Assembly (NCBI GenBank): GCA_900617105.1
Contig: UYFQ01000023.1
Coordinates: 310,001 to 374,000, forward strand
Source of the DNA: Hydrurus foetidus
Lineage: Eukaryota
DNA: 64,000 bases
Direction: 5' to 3'
The translations under genes were made by a program, and so were the position numbers. Of the stretch, positions 32,404-42,176 are shown piece after piece; the first letter of the stretch is position 1; every line of letters begins with the position of its first letter. The notes beneath the pieces are model-generated. The model did not search any database and was not told the origin of the DNA. It saw nothing but the letters and a program-made list of their open reading frames with translations.

Positions 32404-33618
32404 ATGGCGGCCTTCCGCACCTTTTTGAAAGCAGGACATGCACCCACATTGGGCGCATCGTTCTTCTACTTCATGTTTTCTTGCGCCATCTGGGTCGTCA
32501 ACGGCACGATGGCCCCGTTCATCAGCGAGACCTACAACCTCTCGGCCGCCCAAAAGGGCTTGATGCTGTCTATTCCTATTTTTGCGGGCGCCTTCATGCG
32601 CTTTCCGCTGGGCCTGTTGGCGCAGTACATAGGCCGCAAAAATGCAACCCTGGTCGAAATGGGTGGCATTGCCATCGCCATGGCTTATGGCTACTTCATG
32701 GTGAACTCGTTCAACGACCTGCTCGCCATGGGCGTGTTGCTGGGCATTGCGGGTGCCAGTTTTGGTGTCGCTTTGAGTCTGGGCAGCGGCTCGTTCCCAC
32801 CCCGCTACAAAGGCTTGGCGATGGGCTTGGTCGGTGCGGGCAACGTCGGCACTGCGGTGTCCGCGTTGATCGCCCCTCCGTTGGCGCAAGCTTATGGTTG
32901 GCAGACGGTCTACGGCTTCGCCGCCATCGGCATTTTGATACCGATGGTCGTGATGATCGTGTTCGCCAAAGAGCCTGACGATGTGGACTCTCACGCCAGC
33001 TTCAAAGACCACATCGCCTGTTTGTTTGAAAAAGACGGCTGGGCTTTCAGCCTCATTTACGCCATCACCTTCGGCGGCTTCATTGGTTTGGCCTCGTTTT
33101 TGCCAAGCTATTTTTACGACCAGTTTGGTGTGAGCAAAGTGCAAGCCGGTCAACTCACCATGCTGGCCGCCTTCATGGGCGCGGCGCTGCGCGTGTTCGG
33201 TGGCTGGTTGTCTGACCACTGGGGCGGTGTGAACACCTTGACCGGCGTGCTGGTGGTCGTGACGATCACCCTGGTGCTGTGCGGTCTCTCGACCAGCTCG
33301 CTGCCCATCACCGTGCTGCTGCTCATCACCTGCTTCGCGGCTTTAGGCGCTGGCAACGGTGCCACCTTCCAGCTCGTCCCCCTGCGCTGGCCCACCACCA
33401 CCGCCGTTGCCGGTTCCATGATCGGTGAAATCGGCGCACTGGGTGGCGGATTCATCACCAACGCCTTGGGTTTGAGCAAGCAAAACACCGGCAGCTACGC
33501 CTCAGGTTTCTACGCTTTTGCGGCGTGCACGGTGGTGGTGCTGATGATGCTGCGGTTCATGCAGATCCGCTGGACGAGGACATGGGCTGAAAAGGGAGGC
33601 CGTGCGCGTAGTGCATGA
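32404..33618 (+). CDS. NarK/NasA-family MFS nitrate/nitrite transporter
   Basis: Nitrate signature GIAGASF..GLAMGLVGAGNVG; GAGNGATFQLVP. Start set at MAAFRT (32404). Confidence 0.9.
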   Translation: MAAFRTFLKAGHAPTLGASFFYFMFSCAIWVVNGTMAPFISETYNLSAAQKGLMLSIPIFAGAFMRFPLGLLAQYIGRKNATLVEMGGIAIAMAYGYFMVNSFNDLLAMGVLLGIAGASFGVALSLGSGSFPPRYKGLAMGLVGAGNVGTAVSALIAPPLAQAYGWQTVYGFAAIGILIPMVVMIVFAKEPDDVDSHASFKDHIACLFEKDGWAFSLIYAITFGGFIGLASFLPSYFYDQFGVSKVQAGQLTMLAAFMGAALRVFGGWLSDHWGGVNTLTGVLVVVTITLVLCGLSTSSLPITVLLLITCFAALGAGNGATFQLVPLRWPTTTAVAGSMIGEIGALGGGFITNALGLSKQNTGSYASGFYAFAACTVVVLMMLRFMQIRWTRTWAEKGGRARSA

Positions 33619-33651
33619 ACCGCTTTAGGCACGCTGGCGCTCGCTTCAGCA

Positions 33652-34002
33652 TCACCGTGCCCGAATCAACGCTTCAATCACATCGCAAATCGGATCGAGC
33701 GCCGATGGCGTAATGCGAGCTGCGAACTCGGCGTTACGGCTTTCCCAGTCTTGGTTTTTCACATGGTCAATCAGCACCACGCCATCAATGGCGCAATCAG
33801 CAGGTAGCGGGTGCTCAAAACGGTAGCCTTTGCGTTGACTGGTCACGGGGCAAACCACGCAGCGCCCCGTTTTCGCGTTATAGGCTTTGGGTGACAGCAC
33901 CAGCGCAGGCCTGCGACCCGCTTGTTCAAACCCGGCCTGGGGTGAAAAATTAAGCCAAATGATATCGCCCCGCTCAGGAACATAAGGGGACAACTTCACC
34001 AC
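33652..34002 (-). CDS. mazF: MazF/PemK family toxin (endoribonuclease)
   Basis: YVPERGDIIWLNFSPQAGFEQAGRRPALVLS and CPVTSQ motifs. Confidence 0.92.
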   Translation of the reverse strand: MVKLSPYVPERGDIIWLNFSPQAGFEQAGRRPALVLSPKAYNAKTGRCVVCPVTSQRKGYRFEHPLPADCAIDGVVLIDHVKNQDWESRNAEFAARITPSALDPICDVIEALIRAR

Positions 34003-34250
34003 AGTTCACGTCCCATCGGAATAGCATCCAGTTCACCGGCATCGGGCAAAGACTCTGGCGTGATAGCGTCGATCATGGCAAAAATATCGACAGTCGAGCG
34101 CTTTTGTGGCTCAGCACGAATCAGAATACTTCGGTCAGCCTGAACCACGGCCTCTACGCTGTCTCCCACGCGCAACCCTGCCTGTCTCAACGTGACAGAA
34201 GGAATGCGCATTCCTGCGCTGTTCCCCCATTTGGCGATGGCAATGCCCAT
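33996..34250 (-). CDS. mazE: MazE/AbrB family antitoxin
   Basis: KWGNSAGMRIP N-terminus and GRELW C-terminus; overlaps the toxin start. Confidence 0.9.
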   Translation of the reverse strand: MGIAIAKWGNSAGMRIPSVTLRQAGLRVGDSVEAVVQADRSILIRAEPQKRSTVDIFAMIDAITPESLPDAGELDAIPMGRELW

Positions 34251-34278
34251 GATGCACTCCTGTGGATAAGATTAAAAA

Positions 34279-34295
34279 GATAAACAATGTTTATC
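34279..34295. promoter_or_regulatory. Palindromic operator upstream of the TA pair
   Basis: GATAAACA-A-TGTTTATC, a perfect 8-bp inverted repeat about 30 nt upstream of the antitoxin start in an AT-rich gap. Confidence 0.65.
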
Positions 34296-34315
34296 CTTAT
34301 TTTACCCACAAACCC

Positions 34316-36085
34316 TCACTTCGGCAAAAACAGCACCCAGTACACCAACAGCACATTAAACAGCACACTCACCGCCAGTGCGATCTTCCACACGGCTGTC
34401 GGGTCTCGCTGGATCAGCGGTGTGGAGGGTGGTGCGGTCAGTGGACGTGAGGCGCCGCGTTGCAGGGCCAGCAGAAATTCCTCTGCGGTCTCAAAGCGCA
34501 AACGCTTGTCGCGGGCGACGGCTTTCAGGGCGACGTGGTTAAGCCAGATGGGCACTTCGGGGTTGTGGCGGCTGGGGGCCGTGGGGTCACGGAAATAGCG
34601 ACCTGTTTGGTAGGGCAGCACGTCGCCATAGGGCAATTTTCCGCCGGTCAGCAACTGGTAGAGCGTGACACCCAAGGCGAACAGATCGCTTTGAGCGTCA
34701 GGTCTTTCTTCCGGGGCGTCTTTGTCTGTGGTGCCCACATTGGCTTTGACGACCAAGCCCCACTGCTCGGGGTTCATGTAGCTGGGGGTGCCTGCGTGCA
34801 GCACACGGGTGGATTCCGGCTCGCGGCCACTCAGCGCAACGCCTAAATCAAGCACCCGCAGGACGCCGTCGTCCCCCTGGTGCAAATTAGCGGGCTTGAT
34901 GTCACGGTGGATCACGCTTTGCTGGTGCAAACGGCCCAGCGCTTTGGCAACATGGCCGATCATGGTGACCGCTTGCAGCACGCTGAATTTGTGCTTGTGG
35001 TCAAGCATCTGCTGCAACGAAGACCCGCCATGCCAGTCATAGAGCAGGTAGAAACTGGTGGGCAGCAACCCGGAGGGCAAGCGCTCGTGGATGCCCACCA
35101 AATGCTCGGCAGCACGGCCCGTCATCATGCGTTTGGCCAGCCACGCTTCGTGCGCCAGCATGGCACGCTCTTGGGTGTCGTGGGCGCGCTGGGGGTTCAG
35201 GGTTTTGAGGGCGTAGAGCAACTTGCTGACCGGGTCACGCACTTGGTAGATGATGTTGATGCCGTTGTCGGCCACGGTGGCGGTCACGGTTAAGCCGTCG
35301 ATCCCCTCGCCCACTTTCAAACGCTGGGGGGTGGGCAGCTGTTGCGCATGGCGGTTTTCGTCGGCCAAGGTGCTGTCCAGCAATCCACGCACATGCACCA
35401 CCAGTGCGGTGGCGTTGTCATCACTGCCTGCCGCCAGCGCAGTATCCACCAAGAGTGTGCTTAAGGCCTGGCAGCTTTGCTGGGGTTCAGCCTTCATCAG
35501 TGCCAGCAGTTTCTTGTCGGCCAACTTGCCATGCACACCGTCGCTCAGCAGCATGAACACATCACCCACCTGGACATCGCCCTGGCTGTAGTCCACCACC
35601 AAGCGGTCTTCCAGACCCACAGAGCGGGTGAGCTGGTGGCTGAAATCAGGGTGATCGACCACGTGGTCTTGCGTCAGCTGGGTCAAGCGCCCGGCGCGCA
35701 GCAGGTAAGCCCGCGTGTCACCCACATGGGCGATGGCATAAGACTGGCCGCGCAACACCATGGCCGTGAGCGTACAGAGCCCCAAAGAGGGGTGCCTGCG
35801 GCGGTTGATGCCAGCCAGCCAAGCGTTTTGCGCACCAATAATGCGGTCCAAAGCCACCGTGGTGTCCCAGGTTTCGGGCGTACCGAAGTAGTCGCGCACC
35901 AAACTGGTGACTGTGGTCTGCGCCGCCTCGCGCCCCATGCCGCCGGTGCTGACACCGTCCGCAATGGCCACAATAGCCCCCATGCTCTCTTGGCCCGCCT
36001 CGGGCAGCATGGCTGCTGCGAAGTCTTCGTTAACCTCTTTTTTGCCGGTGAGGGAGGTAAAACCGATGTCGATGTCAAAGCTCAT
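34316..36085 (-). CDS. Bifunctional PP2C phosphatase / Ser-Thr kinase with C-terminal TM helix
   Basis: NED, ADGV, HVGDTR, SDG and DN PP2C motifs, then HRDIKPAN, DLG, GTPSYMNPE and SDLFALG kinase motifs. Start set at MSFDID (36085). Confidence 0.9.
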   Translation of the reverse strand: MSFDIDIGFTSLTGKKEVNEDFAAAMLPEAGQESMGAIVAIADGVSTGGMGREAAQTTVTSLVRDYFGTPETWDTTVALDRIIGAQNAWLAGINRRRHPSLGLCTLTAMVLRGQSYAIAHVGDTRAYLLRAGRLTQLTQDHVVDHPDFSHQLTRSVGLEDRLVVDYSQGDVQVGDVFMLLSDGVHGKLADKKLLALMKAEPQQSCQALSTLLVDTALAAGSDDNATALVVHVRGLLDSTLADENRHAQQLPTPQRLKVGEGIDGLTVTATVADNGINIIYQVRDPVSKLLYALKTLNPQRAHDTQERAMLAHEAWLAKRMMTGRAAEHLVGIHERLPSGLLPTSFYLLYDWHGGSSLQQMLDHKHKFSVLQAVTMIGHVAKALGRLHQQSVIHRDIKPANLHQGDDGVLRVLDLGVALSGREPESTRVLHAGTPSYMNPEQWGLVVKANVGTTDKDAPEERPDAQSDLFALGVTLYQLLTGGKLPYGDVLPYQTGRYFRDPTAPSRHNPEVPIWLNHVALKAVARDKRLRFETAEEFLLALQRGASRPLTAPPSTPLIQRDPTAVWKIALAVSVLFNVLLVYWVLFLPK

Positions 36086-36127
36086 GCACCAATTGCAAGC
36101 ATGATTTATGCCTCTCGCAAAAAAACT

Positions 36128-36143
36128 TGGCACATCCATTGCT
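36128..36143 (+). promoter_or_regulatory. Sigma54 promoter of nirBD-nasA
   Basis: TGGCAC-ATCCA-TTGCT, about 60 nt upstream of nirB. Confidence 0.85.
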
Positions 36144-36204
36144 TAGTCTAGGCACAACAGCGGTGCAAACCGCTCACAACCTTTGACTGACAGACGGAGC
36201 CCCC

Positions 36205-38682
36205 ATGAAAAAATCGAAACTGGTGATGGTAGGTAACGGCATGGCCGGTGTACGCACGATTGAAGAGCTGCTCAAAATCGCCCCCGATCTGCACGATATC
36301 ACCGTGTTCGGTACTGAGCCCCACCCTAACTACAACCGCATTTTGCTCAGCCCCGTGTTGGCAGGCGAGCAAACCCTCGATGAAATCGTGCTGAACGCCT
36401 GGGAGTGGTACACCGACAACAACATCACCCTGCACGCCGGTAAAAAAGTCGTCGAAGTAGACCGCGTGAAACGCATCGTGCGCGCTGTGGACGCTGATGG
36501 CAACGTGACCGAAGCCGAATACGACCGTTTGCTGATGTGTACCGGCTCCAACCCCTTCATCTTGCCCATCCCAGGCAAAGACCTGGAAGGCGTGATCGCC
36601 TACCGCGACATTGCCGACACCAACGCGATGATCGACGCGGCCACCAAGTACAAACACGCAGTCGTTATCGGTGGCGGTTTGCTGGGCCTGGAAGCGGCCA
36701 ACGGCTTGATGCTGCGCGGCATGACGGTCAGCGTCGTCCACGTGATGCCCACCCTGATGGAGCGCCAGCTGGACACCGTCGCCGGCAAGATGCTGCAAAA
36801 GTCATTGGAAGAGCGTGGCCTCAAGTTCCTGATGGGCGCACAAACCCAAGAACTCGTGGGGAGCCTTGACGGTGGTGAAAACGGCGGCAAAGGCGGCCGC
36901 GTCACATCCATCAAGTTCAAAGACGGCACCGAAGTGCCCGCTGATTTGGTCGTGATGGCGGTGGGCATTCGCCCCAACACCGAGCTGGCCGAAAAAATGC
37001 GCCTGCATTGCAACAAAGGCATCGTGGTGAACGACACCATGCAAACCGTGACCGATGCCCGCATCTACTCGGTGGGCGAATGCGCCGCCCACCGAGGCAT
37101 CGCGTATGGCCTGGTGGCACCGCTGTTTGAGCAAGCTAAAGTGGCCGCGAACCACCTCGCCCAGTTCGGCATTGGCCGCTACACCGGCAGCCTCACCTCC
37201 ACCAAACTCAAAGTCACCGGCATTGATTTGTTCAGCGCGGGCGATTTCACAGGCGGCGAAGGCACCGAAGAAATCGTGATGAGCGACCCCTACTCACCTG
37301 GGGGCGGTGTCTACAAAAAACTGGTGCTCAAAGACGACAAGCTCATCGGTGCTTGCATGTTTGGCGATACCGTGGACGGCAGCTACTACTTCAAGCTGCT
37401 GCGCGAAGGCCGCAGCGTAGCCAGCATTCGCGACAAACTGATGTTTGGCGAATCTAACATCGGTGACGTGGGCCACGAAGGTCACAGCAAAGCAGCCACC
37501 ATGCCCGATGAAGCCGAAGTTTGCGGCTGCAACGGCGTGACCAAAGGCACGATCTGCAAAGCCATCAAAGAAAAAGGCTTGTTCACGCTGGACGAAGTGC
37601 GCAAGCACACCAAGGCCAGCGCCTCCTGCGGTTCCTGCACCGGCTTGGTCGAACAAATCATCATGTTCACCGCCGGTGGCGACTACTCAGCCACGCCCAA
37701 ACTCAAAGCCATGTGCAGCTGTACCGACCACGGCCACCAAGCTGTGCGCGATGCGATCCGCACCCACAAGCTGCTGACCGTGGCCTCGGTGTACGCGTTC
37801 ATGGAATGGAAAACGCCGAATGGCTGCTCCAGCTGCCGCCCCGCCGTCAACTACTACACCACCAGCACCTGGCCCAAGCTGGCCATTGACGACCCGCAAA
37901 GCCGCTTCATCAACGAGCGCAGCCACGCCAACATCCAAAAAGACGGCACCTACAGCGTCATCCCTCGCATGTGGGGCGGCGAGACCACCTCAGATGAGTT
38001 GCGCCGCATTGCGGATGCGGTGGACAAGTACAAGATCCCCACCGTCAAAGTGACGGGTGGCCAGCGTATCGACTTGCTGGGCGTGAAAAAAGAAGATTTG
38101 GTCAGCGTCTGGAAAGACATCGGCATGCCCAGCGGCCACGCTTACGCCAAAGCACTGCGTACCGTGAAAACCTGCGTGGGTTCCGAGTGGTGCCGCATGG
38201 GCACACAAGATTCCACCCAAATGGGCAAGGATTTAGAGCGCGCCATGTGGCGCATGTACGCCCCGCACAAAGTCAAGTTCGCCGTCTCAGGCTGCCCGCG
38301 CAACTGCGCTGAAGCGGGCATCAAAGACGTGGGCGTGATCGGTGTGGACAGCGGCTGGGAGATGTACATCGCTGGCAACGGCGGTATCAAAACCGAAGTG
38401 GCGCACTTCTTTGTGAAGGTCAAAACCCCCGCTGAAGTGCTGGAATACACCGGCGCTTTCTGCGAGCTGTACCGCCAAGAAGGCTGGTATTTAGAGCGCA
38501 CCGTGCATTACGTGAACCGCGTGGGCCTGGACTACGTGAAAAAGAAAGTCCTGGAAGACCACGAAGGCCGCAAAGCCTTGTGGGAAAACCTGCAATTCGC
38601 GCTGGACGGCGAGCCAGACCCTTGGTTTGACTTCAAGGACGCACAAGTCGATACCCGTCAGTTTGACGCGATTGCGGTTTAA
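36205..38682 (+). CDS. nirB: Nitrite reductase NAD(P)H large subunit
   Basis: GNGMAG, GGGLLGLEAA, BFD-like Cys motifs, CVGSEWC and SGCPRNC siroheme/4Fe-4S ligands. Confidence 0.96.
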   Translation: MKKSKLVMVGNGMAGVRTIEELLKIAPDLHDITVFGTEPHPNYNRILLSPVLAGEQTLDEIVLNAWEWYTDNNITLHAGKKVVEVDRVKRIVRAVDADGNVTEAEYDRLLMCTGSNPFILPIPGKDLEGVIAYRDIADTNAMIDAATKYKHAVVIGGGLLGLEAANGLMLRGMTVSVVHVMPTLMERQLDTVAGKMLQKSLEERGLKFLMGAQTQELVGSLDGGENGGKGGRVTSIKFKDGTEVPADLVVMAVGIRPNTELAEKMRLHCNKGIVVNDTMQTVTDARIYSVGECAAHRGIAYGLVAPLFEQAKVAANHLAQFGIGRYTGSLTSTKLKVTGIDLFSAGDFTGGEGTEEIVMSDPYSPGGGVYKKLVLKDDKLIGACMFGDTVDGSYYFKLLREGRSVASIRDKLMFGESNIGDVGHEGHSKAATMPDEAEVCGCNGVTKGTICKAIKEKGLFTLDEVRKHTKASASCGSCTGLVEQIIMFTAGGDYSATPKLKAMCSCTDHGHQAVRDAIRTHKLLTVASVYAFMEWKTPNGCSSCRPAVNYYTTSTWPKLAIDDPQSRFINERSHANIQKDGTYSVIPRMWGGETTSDELRRIADAVDKYKIPTVKVTGGQRIDLLGVKKEDLVSVWKDIGMPSGHAYAKALRTVKTCVGSEWCRMGTQDSTQMGKDLERAMWRMYAPHKVKFAVSGCPRNCAEAGIKDVGVIGVDSGWEMYIAGNGGIKTEVAHFFVKVKTPAEVLEYTGAFCELYRQEGWYLERTVHYVNRVGLDYVKKKVLEDHEGRKALWENLQFALDGEPDPWFDFKDAQVDTRQFDAIAV

Positions 38683-38685
38683 ATA

Positions 38686-38735
38686 CCCTGTTACCGCATA
38701 CTTTATATGCGGTAACAGCTACACAATTAATAGCA
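38686..38735 (-). repeat. Intergenic copy of a dispersed palindromic element (GCTA-N9-TAGC plus a 13-bp hairpin)
   Basis: CTGTTACCGCATA-CTTTA-TATGCGGTAACAG perfect stem joined to GCTA-CACAATTAA-TAGC. Confidence 0.7.
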
Positions 38736-38746
38736 AAAGGTTCACG

Positions 38747-39148
38747 ATGAGTGACTGGAAAAAAATCTGCTTGGTAACGGACATCCCCGTACTCGGCTCA
38801 CGTCGTATCACCCGCCCTGTAGGTGTCGAAGTGGCGGTATTCCGCAACAGCGAAGACAAGGTTTTTGCCCTGCTCGACCGCTGCCCGCACAAAGGTGGCC
38901 CCTTGTCGCAAGGCATCGTCCACGGTGAATCCGTGACTTGCCCGCTGCACAGCTGGAACATCCAGTTTGGTGACGGTTGCGCCAAAGCCCCAGATGTTGG
39001 CTGTACCCCCAAATTCGCAGTCAAAGTGGACGCGGGTGTGGTCTATCTCGACAGCGCTGAGCTGACCTCACACGCTGTCGATTTGCCCAAACCGTTGGCG
39101 GGCCCAGCGCTCAAGGCGAGCTGGGCGGCGAACGCTGAAGCGGCTTAA
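38747..39148 (+). CDS. nirD: Nitrite reductase small subunit (Rieske type)
   Basis: CPHKGGPLSQG and CPLH motifs; start set at MSDWKK. Confidence 0.93.
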   Translation: MSDWKKICLVTDIPVLGSRRITRPVGVEVAVFRNSEDKVFALLDRCPHKGGPLSQGIVHGESVTCPLHSWNIQFGDGCAKAPDVGCTPKFAVKVDAGVVYLDSAELTSHAVDLPKPLAGPALKASWAANAEAA

Positions 39149-39186
39149 ACGAATCCACCCACCTGTACACCCGCACATCAGCCCCC

Positions 39187-42006
39187 ATGCTTGAAACCAA
39201 ATCCACTTGCCCCTATTGCGGCGTCGGCTGCGGTGTCATCATCGAATCCCAAGGCGTGCAAATCACCGGCGTGCGTGGCGACCCTGATCACCCTGCCAAC
39301 TTTGGCCGCCTCTGTACCAAAGGCAGCACGCTGCACCTCACGGCCAGTGCGGCCATCACACGCCAAACGCGCTTGCTGCAACCGATGCTGCGTACACATC
39401 GGCATGTGGATGGGCAGCTTAATCGGGGCGCAGAGCCAGCCCCCATTGCTTATGATGCTGCAATAACCATAGCAGCAGACAAGTTTGCCAACATCATCCA
39501 AGAGAGCGGCCCCGATGCCGTGGGCTTCTACATCAGCGGGCAGTTGCTCACCGAGGACTACTACGTCTTCAACAAACTCGCCAAAGGACTGATTGGCACC
39601 AACAACGTCGATACCAATTCGCGCCTGTGCATGAGCAGCGCGGTGGCCGGCTACAAGCAGACCTTGGGTGCCGATGCCCCCCCTGCGTGCTACGACGACG
39701 TGAACCACGCGCAGTGCATCTTCATCGTCGGCTCGAATACCGCTTACGCGCACCCCATCCTGTTCCGCCGCATCGAAGACGCAAAGCGGAAAAATCCGCA
39801 GATGAAAATCATCTTCTGCGACCCGCGCCGTACCGATACCGCTGAAATCGCCGACCTGTTCCTGCCCATCCAGCCCGGCACTGACGTGATGTTGTTCAAC
39901 GGTCTGCTGCACATCATGCTGTGGGAAGGCTGGATTGACACGGCCTACATTGCGGCCCACACCAACGATTTCGATGCCCTGAAAGCCACGGTACGCGACT
40001 GCACGCCTGAGCTGGTCGCGCAAATTTGCGGCTTGAAGAAAGAAGACCTGTTCACGGCGGCCAAGTGGTTTGCCACGTCCAAAGCGACCTTGAGCCTGTA
40101 TTGCCAAGGTCTGAACCAGTCCAGCAGCGGCACTGCCAAAAATGCAGCGCTCATCAACCTGCACCTGGCCACAGCGCAAATCGGCAAACCCGGTGCTGGG
40201 CCGTTCTCACTGACCGGACAGCCCAATGCGATGGGTGGCCGCGAAGTGGGTGGACTCGCCAACCTCTTAAGCGCCCACCGTGACATGGCCAACCCGGCCC
40301 ACCGTGCTGAAGTGGCCGCACTCTGGGGCATCCCCAGCGTGCCCGACAAGCCCGGCAAAACAGCGGTAGAGATGTTCCAAGCGGCGGCGGACGGCGAAAT
40401 CAAAGCCCTGTGGATTGCCTGCACCAACCCCACGCAGTCCATGCCTGACCAAGCCACCGTGCGCCGCGCGCTGGAGCGGGCCGAGTTCGTGGTGGTGCAA
40501 GAAGCTTACGCAACGGCATCGACCTGTGATTACGCTGATTTGCTGCTGCCTGCCACCTCATGGGGCGAAAAAGAAGGCACCGTGACCAACAGCGAACGCC
40601 GCATCAGCCGCGTGCGTGCCGCCATTCCAGCACCGGGTGAAACGCGGCATGACTGGCAAATTGCAGTGGATTTTGCGCAGGCGCTGGAAACAAGACTGGA
40701 GAGACTGGATTCCAGCCTTCGCGGGAATGACGCAGCCAGCCTATTCCCCTACACCACCCCAGACCAAATCTGGCTAGAGCACCGCGAATCCACCCGTGGC
40801 CGTGACTTGGACATTACCGGCCTCAGCTACGCCCAGCTGGAAACCCAAGGCCCGCAGCAATGGCCGTTGCCTGAAGGTGCCACCACCGGCAAAGTCCGCC
40901 TCTACGAAGACGGCGTGTACCCCACCGCCGATGGCCGCGCCAAGTTCGTCAACACCGTCTACAAACCCGTTGCCGAGCCGCGTGAATCACGCTACCCGTT
41001 TTCGTTGACGACGGGCCGCCTGCGCGACCAATGGCACGGCATGACACGCACTGGCACGTTGGGGCGTTTGTTCGGCCATGTGGCAGAGCCTTGCGTGCAA
41101 ATGAACCCGCAAGACATGGTGCGCCGCCTGCTCAAAGAAGGTGATTTGGTGCATGTCACCAGCAAACGTGGCTCCATCATCGTACCGGTGCAAGCGTCCA
41201 ACGAAATTGGTATGAGCCAAGCCTTTATCGCCATGCACTGGGGCGAGGAGTATTTGAGCGGTGTTTCCAGTACAGGCATGCCGCTCGCAGGCGTGAACGC
41301 ACTGACCACATCGGCCTACTGCCCCACATCCAAACAACCTGAGCTTAAGCACGCTGCCGTCAAAATCCTCAAAGCTGAACTGAGCTGGACGCTCTTGGCC
41401 ATCGCCTGGCTGCCCGAGACAAGCGCCCTGAGCGTGCGCGAAGCCTTGAAAAAAATGATGCGCCTGTTCCCTTTTGCCTCTTGCGTGCCGTTTGGCCGTG
41501 AGCGCACTGGGATCTTGTTCCGCGCTGCCGCGCACGAGGCGGCGCCCGACGAGGTACTGGCCCAGATTGAAACACTCTTGGGCTTGTCCACCGATGCGCT
41601 GCGCTATGCGGACAAAAAGAAAGGCCAGCGCCGTGCTGTGCGCATGTCTCGCTCAGAGGCTGAATTGAAGCTCGAAGGGGTGCTGCTCGCCGGGGACACC
41701 AGTGCTGAAGCCTGGATCAAAACCCTGCTGCAAGACGAGCTTCCCGCCCAGGCGTATGGCCGTTTGCTGTTGCTGCCCGGCGCGAAAGCACCGGTGGCTG
41801 TGCAGTCTAAAGGCAAACAAATTTGCAGCTGCTTTAACGTGGCAGATGTCGCCATCAACGCCCATTTGAGCGCTTGCAGAGGCTCAGAAGACAGTCGACT
41901 GTCTTCGCTGCAAAGCGCGTTGAAGTGCGGCACCAACTGCGGCTCGTGCATCCCCGAGTTGAAGCGCATGGTGCGGGCGACTTTGTCACAAGCTGTAGCG
42001 GCCTGA
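39187..42006 (+). CDS. nasA: Assimilatory nitrate reductase catalytic subunit
   Basis: CPYCGVGC..LC.KG, NSRLCMSSA, GQPNAMGGRE and TGRLRDQWH motifs; C-terminal BFD-like CSC..CGTNCGSC. Confidence 0.95.
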   Translation: MLETKSTCPYCGVGCGVIIESQGVQITGVRGDPDHPANFGRLCTKGSTLHLTASAAITRQTRLLQPMLRTHRHVDGQLNRGAEPAPIAYDAAITIAADKFANIIQESGPDAVGFYISGQLLTEDYYVFNKLAKGLIGTNNVDTNSRLCMSSAVAGYKQTLGADAPPACYDDVNHAQCIFIVGSNTAYAHPILFRRIEDAKRKNPQMKIIFCDPRRTDTAEIADLFLPIQPGTDVMLFNGLLHIMLWEGWIDTAYIAAHTNDFDALKATVRDCTPELVAQICGLKKEDLFTAAKWFATSKATLSLYCQGLNQSSSGTAKNAALINLHLATAQIGKPGAGPFSLTGQPNAMGGREVGGLANLLSAHRDMANPAHRAEVAALWGIPSVPDKPGKTAVEMFQAAADGEIKALWIACTNPTQSMPDQATVRRALERAEFVVVQEAYATASTCDYADLLLPATSWGEKEGTVTNSERRISRVRAAIPAPGETRHDWQIAVDFAQALETRLERLDSSLRGNDAASLFPYTTPDQIWLEHRESTRGRDLDITGLSYAQLETQGPQQWPLPEGATTGKVRLYEDGVYPTADGRAKFVNTVYKPVAEPRESRYPFSLTTGRLRDQWHGMTRTGTLGRLFGHVAEPCVQMNPQDMVRRLLKEGDLVHVTSKRGSIIVPVQASNEIGMSQAFIAMHWGEEYLSGVSSTGMPLAGVNALTTSAYCPTSKQPELKHAAVKILKAELSWTLLAIAWLPETSALSVREALKKMMRLFPFASCVPFGRERTGILFRAAAHEAAPDEVLAQIETLLGLSTDALRYADKKKGQRRAVRMSRSEAELKLEGVLLAGDTSAEAWIKTLLQDELPAQAYGRLLLLPGAKAPVAVQSKGKQICSCFNVADVAINAHLSACRGSEDSRLSSLQSALKCGTNCGSCIPELKRMVRATLSQAVAA
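40705..40731. repeat. dRS3/REP-like palindrome inside nasA
   Basis: CTGGATTCCA-GCCTTCGC-GGGAATGAC matches ATTCCC-N8-GGGAAT with one mismatch and is read in frame as LDSSLRGND. Confidence 0.6.
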
Positions 42007-42176
42007 GTGTTAATGGGGGTGACCCCACAGGGAAATGCTGGGTAATTCGATGTGTGTAGCAAAGACTGCTGAAAACCTCTATCCTTTACTGGATGTAACG
42101 TACAGCAACTTTGCGGGCCACGCCGTTGACTCTAAGCACTGAAAACCTCGCCACCGATACCTCTCCACTGTCCCCC

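Noticed and set aside
36152..36166. GCAC-AACAGCG-GTGC hairpin in the nirB leader as an ANTAR site
   Set aside because: The loop is 7 nt without G at position 4, and I found no partner hairpin or terminator.
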